DNA of 64,000 nucleotides from contig CAZEJU010000005.1 of NCBI GenBank assembly GCA_964512695.1, forward strand, positions 5,668-69,667, written 5' to 3'. This document shows, one piece after another, positions 57,607 through 64,000 of this stretch; position 1 is the first letter of the stretch, and each line of letters begins with the position of its first letter. The position numbers and the translations under genes are program-made. This stretch comes from an uncultured Gammaproteobacteria bacterium (GTDB lineage Bacteria; Patescibacteriota; Microgenomatia; Levybacterales; UBA12049). The notes under the pieces were generated by a model. The model was not told the origin of the DNA and ran no database searches. It saw nothing but the letters and a program-made list of their open reading frames with translations.

Positions 57607-59439
57607 ATGATTTCCTCCGCAGACATAGTAAAAAAATATATCCAATTCTTTAAAGATCGAGGACATACGCAAATCCCAAACTCTCCACTCGTGCTTCAAA
57701 ATGATCCAACAACATTGTTTACAAGTTCAGGTATGCAACCTCTTGTCCCCTACCTCCTCGGTGAACCACATCCACAAGGTACGCGGTTAGTGAATGTACA
57801 AAACGCCATACGAACTCAAGATATTGAAGAAGTCGGTGATAATAGGCACACAACTTTTTTCCGTATGTTAGGGAACTGGTCATTAGGAGACTACTTCAAA
57901 AAAGAAGAAATCCCATGGTTTTGGGATTTTCTCACAAAAGAATTGCAATTGCCTAAGGATAAATTATACATTACAGTGTTCGAAGGCAGAGGTGATATTC
58001 CACAAGATGAAGAAGCAGTATCTATCTGGAAAGATATTCTTTTGAAAGAAGGACTCAATACTGAAGATAAAATTTATTATTACAGTGATAAAAGCAATTG
58101 GTGGTCACGAGCAGGTGTTCCTGAGAAAATGCCTACTGGTGAACCCGGTGGTCCTTCAAGCGAAGTATTTTATGAATTTACACAGGTAGAACATAATCCA
58201 AAATTTGGAGAAAAATGTCACCCGAATTGCGATTGTGGAAGATTTATGGAAATAGGAAATTCTGTTTTCATGCAGTATGTAAAGCAAGAAAACGGATCTT
58301 TCAAACCATTACCGAAAAATAATATTGATTTTGGAGGTGGTCTCGAAAGAATTGCAGCAGCTGTTTATGACACACCTGATGTATTTATGACCGATTTGTA
58401 TTTACCAATTATTCAAACAGTAGAAAAGAGTGCCAAAAAAACATATACAGATGAAAATAATAAAGCAATGCGTGTTATTGTTGACCATATAAAAGCAGCA
58501 ACATTTCTAATCGTTGATGATGTTCAACCATCTAACAAAGAACATGGGTATGTCCTGAGGAGATTACTTAGAAGAGCAGCTGTTAAAATGTATGAACTTA
58601 ATAACAATAAACTTTCGCCTGATTTATTCCATCCGGCAATACAAGCAGTTTTAGATATAGAAGAAAAAGTAGGAGACAATGTTTCATTAGAAAAACATGA
58701 ACAAGCAGTTCTTCAAGTTATTGATGATGAAATAAACAGATTTAGTAAAACACTCGAACGTGGTTTGAGGGAAGTAGAGAAAAACATTAATACTATTGAT
58801 GAAAAAGCGTTCGACTTATATCAATCATATGGATTTCCATTTGAACTGTTAGAAGAAATTGTTCACGAAAAAGGAAAAACTGTCGATAAGGAACGATTCC
58901 AAAAGCAATTGCAGCATCATAGAAGTCAGTCACGGACTGCCTCATCAGGTAAATTTAAAGGAGGATTAGCTGATCATCAAGAAAGAACTATCATGGGCCA
59001 TACAGCGACACACCTTATGCATCAGGCTTTAAGAGATGTTCTCGGAAATCATGTACACCAAACTGGATCCAATATTACGACAGAAAGAATTCGTTTTGAT
59101 TTTAATTACGATCAAAAACTAACAGATGAACAGATCGACAAAGTCGAGAATATTGTAAATGAAAAAATTAAAGAGAACTTGCCAGTCCATTTTGAAATGA
59201 TTCCAACAGAACAAGCCAAACAAATGGGAGCTATAGGACTTTTCGAAGACACATATACCGAAACATCAAAAATTTACTTTATAGGAGACACATCTACAAC
59301 CTACGCAAATGCTTATTCAATCGAATTTTGTGGCGGACCACACGTCGATTTTACAGGAAAGCTAAAATCGTTTAAAATTATAAAACAAGAAAGTCTTGGG
59401 AAAAACCAGAAAAGACTATATGCTGTAGTAAGTAGTTAA
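57607..59439 (+). CDS. alaS: Alanyl-tRNA synthetase lacking the C-Ala domain
   Basis: LFTSSGMQP, HTTFFRMLGNWSLGDYFK, IDFGGGLER, editing motifs HTATH and CGGPH; ends at 610 aa. Confidence 0.96.
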   Translation: MISSADIVKKYIQFFKDRGHTQIPNSPLVLQNDPTTLFTSSGMQPLVPYLLGEPHPQGTRLVNVQNAIRTQDIEEVGDNRHTTFFRMLGNWSLGDYFKKEEIPWFWDFLTKELQLPKDKLYITVFEGRGDIPQDEEAVSIWKDILLKEGLNTEDKIYYYSDKSNWWSRAGVPEKMPTGEPGGPSSEVFYEFTQVEHNPKFGEKCHPNCDCGRFMEIGNSVFMQYVKQENGSFKPLPKNNIDFGGGLERIAAAVYDTPDVFMTDLYLPIIQTVEKSAKKTYTDENNKAMRVIVDHIKAATFLIVDDVQPSNKEHGYVLRRLLRRAAVKMYELNNNKLSPDLFHPAIQAVLDIEEKVGDNVSLEKHEQAVLQVIDDEINRFSKTLERGLREVEKNINTIDEKAFDLYQSYGFPFELLEEIVHEKGKTVDKERFQKQLQHHRSQSRTASSGKFKGGLADHQERTIMGHTATHLMHQALRDVLGNHVHQTGSNITTERIRFDFNYDQKLTDEQIDKVENIVNEKIKENLPVHFEMIPTEQAKQMGAIGLFEDTYTETSKIYFIGDTSTTYANAYSIEFCGGPHVDFTGKLKSFKIIKQESLGKNQKRLYAVVSS

Positions 59440-59519
59440 AAGTTTAACGTGCGAAGTCTAAAACTAATCTGACTGTAATAACTATAACTTTTCACAATTA
59501 ACTTTTAACTTTAAAATTT
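59438..59519. repeat. Heptamer-period repeat arrays after alaS
   Basis: aaagttt-aacgtgc-gaagtct-aaaacta ... taacttt-tcacaat-taacttt-taacttt-aaaattt. Confidence 0.55.
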
Positions 59520-59523
59520 CTTT

Positions 59524-61860
59524 ATGAACCTGCCCATCAAATTACCTATTTTCGGAAAAAAAATTAAAGTCGAATATTTCCTCGCCTTACTATTACGTGA
59601 TGAAAAAGTAACAGCCATTACATTTAAACAGAGTGGAGGAGTTATTACCATCATAGGTACCGCTGACGAACAACTACAGGATTCTCTTGAACAAACAAGC
59701 ATCGATGATCTCACGAATGCATTAGATAAAGCAATTAGTCATGCTGAAGAAAAAATTCCTGAAGATATTCAGACACAAAATACCGTTTTTGGAGTTAAAG
59801 AAAGTTGGGTTGAAGAAAAAACGATTAAAAAAGATTACCTTAAAAAATTAAAGTATGTTTCTGAAAAATTGAATCTAGTTCCTATTGGCTTCATCGTTCT
59901 TTCTGAAGCGATAGCACATTTAATAAACGAAGAAGAAGGCGCTCCACTATCCGCATTACTAACTGATATAGGTACACGCACGGTTACTGTTAGTTTATTT
60001 CGAGCAGGGAAACTTATTGAAACAAAATATAAAAATATAGAAACAACAGCAATGGAAGCTGTTGATAGGGCATTAAAAGAATTTGAGCGTGTAGAAATAT
60101 TCCCATCACGAGTTATTCTCTTCCATGCAGTTCCCTCACATGAAACACATAAGAATGATGTATTAGCTCAAGAATTTATCGCTCATCAATGGAGTAAAGG
60201 ATTACCATTTCTTCATGTTCCACAGATTTCAATTTTGCCTTCAGGATTTGATGGAAAAGCTATTGTGGCAGGTGCTGCAACGCAACTTGGTTTTTCACTA
60301 TCCGGGATTACTATTGCTAATCATTCAGATATTCAGACAGTTCAACAAAGAGATTTAGAACACCATAGCCGAAAACATCACAGTCCAGACACTTCGGAAG
60401 AAAATGAAACGAAAGATATAAAACAAAGTGTAGAAGATAATGTTACCCCTGATAATTTCGGTTTTGTAATGAATAAAGATATATTAATTGATAAGATTGA
60501 AGAAACGGATAAAGCAGATCTACAAGATACTACTACACAAAACCCTCGTGAAGAATTAGAGAATAGAGAATTACACAATGAGGTTGAAGCTCATGAAGAA
60601 TTAGTTGAAGAATCAGAACATGAAACTTCTACAAGTAAGAAGAAACTTTTTTCCTTTCCAAAATTCCTTCCAAGTTTTGCATTACTAAAAAATAGACATC
60701 TTCCTTTTACAGACAAAATTTCTATAAAAAACCGTGTTTTATTTATACCTCCTTTTATTTTATTAGGGGTAATAGGATTATTGCTCCTCTATATGTTTAC
60801 AGTTAAGGCTACTGTTACACTAGGAATTGTCCCTATACAAGCTGATGAAACAACAAAGATTACATTCGTATTAGCAGAAGAAAACAACTTCGAACAAAAT
60901 AGTATAAAAGCAACACCTATAACAGCAGAACTTGAAGGGTCTGTTAGCACTGAAACTACAGGAGAAAAAGAAGTAGGAAATAAAGCAAAAGGAACCGTTA
61001 CTATATATAATAGTGGAAGTTCGAAACGAACGCTCAAAGAAGGAACCACTGTCACTTCAGATAACGGTCTCAGCTATATTACAGATAAAGAGATAAGCGT
61101 TGCATCTGCATCTGGAGATATTTTTTCGGGAATTAAGTCCGGAACAGCACAAGTAGCTATTACTGCAAAAAAAATAGGAACTGAATATAACTTACCTTCT
61201 AATACTAAATTTAGTATTGAAGGAGCAACCGACGTTGCAGCAAAAAATGATGCGGCGTTTTCAGGTGGATCAAAAAAGAAAGTAACTGTGGTTACGAAAA
61301 AAGATACCGATAAACTTCTCGCTGAATTACCAAAAAAGTTAGAAGAGAATGCGAAACAAACCCTCACTGGTAAACTAGGAAATGATGAAGTGTTAATAGG
61401 AGATTTTAGAGAAATTGAAATAACGAAGAAGACATTCGATAAGGATATTGATGAAGAAGCTAAAACTGTAAATCTTAAAGGTACAGTTATCTTTACAACG
61501 TATATGTACAACCGTAGTAATATGCAAGATTTCATCAAATCACTTTTATCGAAAAAATATTCGGATGGAAACTATAACTTTAATGAAGATTTTTCTGTAA
61601 ATATATCAGGCATTAAAAAGGTCGACGATACGGAAATAACAAGTGTAGCAGAGATAAAAACTGGACTTATTCCTAAATTAGATACAAAGGCTATAGCTAA
61701 AAATCTGGCAGGTAAATCTTTCAGTCAAGCTCAAGAGTATAGTAAGTCCCTAAAACAAGTTCAACAACTCCGTATACAACTCCATCCTGACTTACCGCTT
61801 ATTCCTAAACTACTTCCTCGTTTGGATAAAAATATAACAGTTGTTATTCAACCAAACTAA
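59524..61860 (+). CDS. FtsA/actin-like N-terminal domain, acidic linker, TM, baseplate-J-like extracellular domain
   Basis: LLTDIGTRTVTVSLF (actin-fold-like); TM near aa 405-427; KAKGTVTIYN...GTAQVAITAKKIGTEYNL...AFSGG (Baseplate_J-like). Confidence 0.6.
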   Translation: MNLPIKLPIFGKKIKVEYFLALLLRDEKVTAITFKQSGGVITIIGTADEQLQDSLEQTSIDDLTNALDKAISHAEEKIPEDIQTQNTVFGVKESWVEEKTIKKDYLKKLKYVSEKLNLVPIGFIVLSEAIAHLINEEEGAPLSALLTDIGTRTVTVSLFRAGKLIETKYKNIETTAMEAVDRALKEFERVEIFPSRVILFHAVPSHETHKNDVLAQEFIAHQWSKGLPFLHVPQISILPSGFDGKAIVAGAATQLGFSLSGITIANHSDIQTVQQRDLEHHSRKHHSPDTSEENETKDIKQSVEDNVTPDNFGFVMNKDILIDKIEETDKADLQDTTTQNPREELENRELHNEVEAHEELVEESEHETSTSKKKLFSFPKFLPSFALLKNRHLPFTDKISIKNRVLFIPPFILLGVIGLLLLYMFTVKATVTLGIVPIQADETTKITFVLAEENNFEQNSIKATPITAELEGSVSTETTGEKEVGNKAKGTVTIYNSGSSKRTLKEGTTVTSDNGLSYITDKEISVASASGDIFSGIKSGTAQVAITAKKIGTEYNLPSNTKFSIEGATDVAAKNDAAFSGGSKKKVTVVTKKDTDKLLAELPKKLEENAKQTLTGKLGNDEVLIGDFREIEITKKTFDKDIDEEAKTVNLKGTVIFTTYMYNRSNMQDFIKSLLSKKYSDGNYNFNEDFSVNISGIKKVDDTEITSVAEIKTGLIPKLDTKAIAKNLAGKSFSQAQEYSKSLKQVQQLRIQLHPDLPLIPKLLPRLDKNITVVIQPN

Positions 61861-61875
61861 GAACAATCATGAAAT

Positions 61876-62601
61876 ATGCCTTATATCTATAAAAAACATG
61901 ATAAACAAAAGACAAGAAAGAAAGTTAGATATGCTGGGTTGAGTCTTTTTGTCTTTGGTTTGATGCTACTTTTATATATCTCCTTCCCACTCATCTCATG
62001 GGCTTTCATTTTCGAGCCTGCTTTTGCATCGGGCTCAATGCAGTCCCCTATACCACGAGCAACTGTACTCCATAAAGACGCTATAAAAACACTTATAGCT
62101 TCAGCAGTAGATTCATTTAGTAAAGATTATACAGATGCACAGAACTGGTTTCCTTCATATGTTCTTCATAAAGAAAAAACTGATTCTATAATTACAACCT
62201 ATAACCTAAGTATCCCAAAAATAGGCGTCAAATATGCAAACGTTTCAACGGTAGATACAGATTTGTCAAAACACCTTGTACATTACCCGGGTACTCCTCT
62301 TCCCTCTAAAAAGGGAAACGCAGTCATCTTTGGGCATTCCACATTACCTGGGCTTTTTAATCCCACGGATTATAAAACTATTTTCGCCAAAGCACATACT
62401 CTAAAAATTGGTGATACATTTTTAATCACCATGAATGCGAAAGAGTATAACTACCAAATTGAGAATATTACTATTACAACTCCTGACGACACGTCTATAT
62501 TTTTTCAAATGACAGATGCCAGCTATCTTACACTTGTTACATGTACACCTCCTGGAACTACATGGAAGCGGCTTATCATTAAAGCGAAGCTTATACAGTA
62601 A
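61876..62601 (+). CDS. Sortase
   Basis: LSIPKIG, GNAVIFGHS, LTLVTCTP...R catalytic His/Cys/Arg; N-terminal TM. Confidence 0.93.
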   Translation: MPYIYKKHDKQKTRKKVRYAGLSLFVFGLMLLLYISFPLISWAFIFEPAFASGSMQSPIPRATVLHKDAIKTLIASAVDSFSKDYTDAQNWFPSYVLHKEKTDSIITTYNLSIPKIGVKYANVSTVDTDLSKHLVHYPGTPLPSKKGNAVIFGHSTLPGLFNPTDYKTIFAKAHTLKIGDTFLITMNAKEYNYQIENITITTPDDTSIFFQMTDASYLTLVTCTPPGTTWKRLIIKAKLIQ

Positions 62602-62640
62602 CTGGTGACATTTTCAAGATAGTTTTGTAGAATAAGACGT

Positions 62641-62793
62641 ATGCAACAACCAAGTAGATTTAGAATTCTTTTAAAAGATATCTGGCCAATTATCTATAAA
62701 GTTATTAATAATGTATTCTATTTCATAATTAATCTTATTAAATCAACGGTTAGAGATATATTCCGAATGATTAAGACAGGGGGAACGGGATAA
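62641..62793 (+). CDS. Small 50-aa amphipathic hypothetical protein
   Basis: Manual translation MQQPSRFRILLKDIWPIIYKVINNVFYFIINLIKSTVRDIFRMIKTGGTG; TAGAAT 7 nt upstream; stop 1 nt before the next ATG. Confidence 0.65.
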   Translation: MQQPSRFRILLKDIWPIIYKVINNVFYFIINLIKSTVRDIFRMIKTGGTG

Positions 62794-62794
62794 G

Positions 62795-64000
62795 ATGGAT
62801 AGGAAAGCACTTGTATTAGAAGCAATACAAAAAAAACTTACAGGAAAAACTCTCACATATAAAGAAATTCTAGCAATCATGGATGAAATCGCTCATAAGC
62901 GACTTGGAGATATTCTTACTACTTACTTTGCTGCTTCTGGATATTCTAAAGGGTTTACTGACGAAGAGTTATATTACTTAACGAAAGCAATGGTAGAAAC
63001 TGGAGAACATTTAAAATTTCCAGGTATAGTGGCAGATAAACATTCTATCGGAGGTGTCCCAGGTACTAGAACAACAATGATTGTTGTACCTATTATAGCT
63101 GCTGCAGGATTTACAATACCGAAAAATTCCTCCCGTGCTATTACAACTCCAGGTGGCACTGCTGACGATATGGAAGTACTTGCGCCTGTCACGTTTGACA
63201 AAGAAGGCATTTATAAAATTGTTGAAAAAGCCAATGCTTGTATTGTGTGGGGTGGCGGCGTAGATATCGCACCTGCAGATGATGTGCTTATCAAAGTTGA
63301 AGAACCATTAATGTTTGAAAGTTTTGATAAAATCCTGGTTTCAATTATGGCAAAAAAAATTGCTTTTGGTTCTACCCATGTTGTTATAGATCTTCCATAT
63401 GGTGATCACGTAAAAGTACATAATCAACAAGACGCGGAACTTGTAAAAGAAAAATTCGAAAAATTAGCTAAACGATTTTCGATTAAAATAAGAGTTCGAA
63501 TTCATAAAACTCAAGAACCCGCTGGCCGAGGCATAGGACCCTTGTTAGAAGCTAAAGAAGCTTTAAAAGTCCTTGAACAGCATCGAGACAGGCCCTTAGA
63601 TTTAGAACAGCGTTCTATATCTCTGGCTTCTGAGTTACTTGATCTATGTTTGAATGATGCTACGCAAAGTAAGAAAGAAGAAATTCACAAGGAATTTAAT
63701 ACCCCTGACAAATGGGCACGGCACATCCTTTCTACAGGACAAGCACATAAGAAAATGCTTGAAATTATAGAAGCTCAAGGAGGCAATGCAAATATCGAAA
63801 GTACAGACTTACTTCCTGGTAAAGAATCTTATAATATTTTAGCAAAGAAAAAATGTCGTATAGAAAAACTAAACAGTAAAAATATTTCTATAATTGCAAA
63901 GATTCTGGGATGTCCAGCTGAAAAAAAAGCCGGTATATATCTACATAATAAAATTGGAGACACGGCGCAAGAAGGTGAAGTCTTATATACCTTGTATGCT
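62795..64000 (+). CDS. AMP phosphorylase / thymidine phosphorylase family protein (runs off the window edge)
   Basis: Manual translation MDRKALVLEAIQKKLTG...ADKHSIGGVPGTRTT...PKNSSRAITTPGGTADDMEVLAPV...SIMAKK. Confidence 0.9.
   Translation, partial: MDRKALVLEAIQKKLTGKTLTYKEILAIMDEIAHKRLGDILTTYFAASGYSKGFTDEELYYLTKAMVETGEHLKFPGIVADKHSIGGVPGTRTTMIVVPIIAAAGFTIPKNSSRAITTPGGTADDMEVLAPVTFDKEGIYKIVEKANACIVWGGGVDIAPADDVLIKVEEPLMFESFDKILVSIMAKKIAFGSTHVVIDLPYGDHVKVHNQQDAELVKEKFEKLAKRFSIKIRVRIHKTQEPAGRGIGPLLEAKEALKVLEQHRDRPLDLEQRSISLASELLDLCLNDATQSKKEEIHKEFNTPDKWARHILSTGQAHKKMLEIIEAQGGNANIESTDLLPGKESYNILAKKKCRIEKLNSKNISIIAKILGCPAEKKAGIYLHNKIGDTAQEGEVLYTLYA

Noticed and set aside
60378-63210. Minus-strand ORFs (60378, 60789, 61074, 62974)
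   Set aside because: Antisense to well-supported plus-strand genes.

Overview
AT-rich bacterial window in genetic code 11 (TGA used as stop, intact RF2). Gene content points to a Patescibacteria/CPR genome, probably Microgenomates (inference, no tree built). Housekeeping genes: prfB, secA, serS, rpsT, murJ, groES/groEL, lepA and a C-terminally short alaS. Fermentative and carbon-storage genes: divergent D- and L-lactate dehydrogenases, malQ/glgP/glgA and pfk. There is also an amino-sugar glycosylation cluster and many cell-surface proteins (Pro/Thr-linker proteins, two subtilases, a VirB6-like repeat protein, a baseplate-J-like protein, a sortase). The best candidate for an undescribed system is a co-oriented 12-kb block at 25.9-38.0 kb (minus strand): Com-like zinc-ribbon/PAS protein, then a ferredoxin-reductase-like/PAS/PAS histidine kinase, four stand-alone receivers, PilB, PilC, five pilins and a PilM-like/LytR_C protein. 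It looks like a redox-sensing phosphorelay coupled to a type IV pilus. Other signals: an uncalled 19-aa Lys-rich peptide gene with a structured GC-rich leader, shared N- and C-terminal motifs on surface proteins, NADP-type fingerprints on both LDHs, heptamer-period repeats and frequent leaderless-type promoters. No rRNA, tRNA, CRISPR array or transposase was recognised. All family calls are by eye from motifs.
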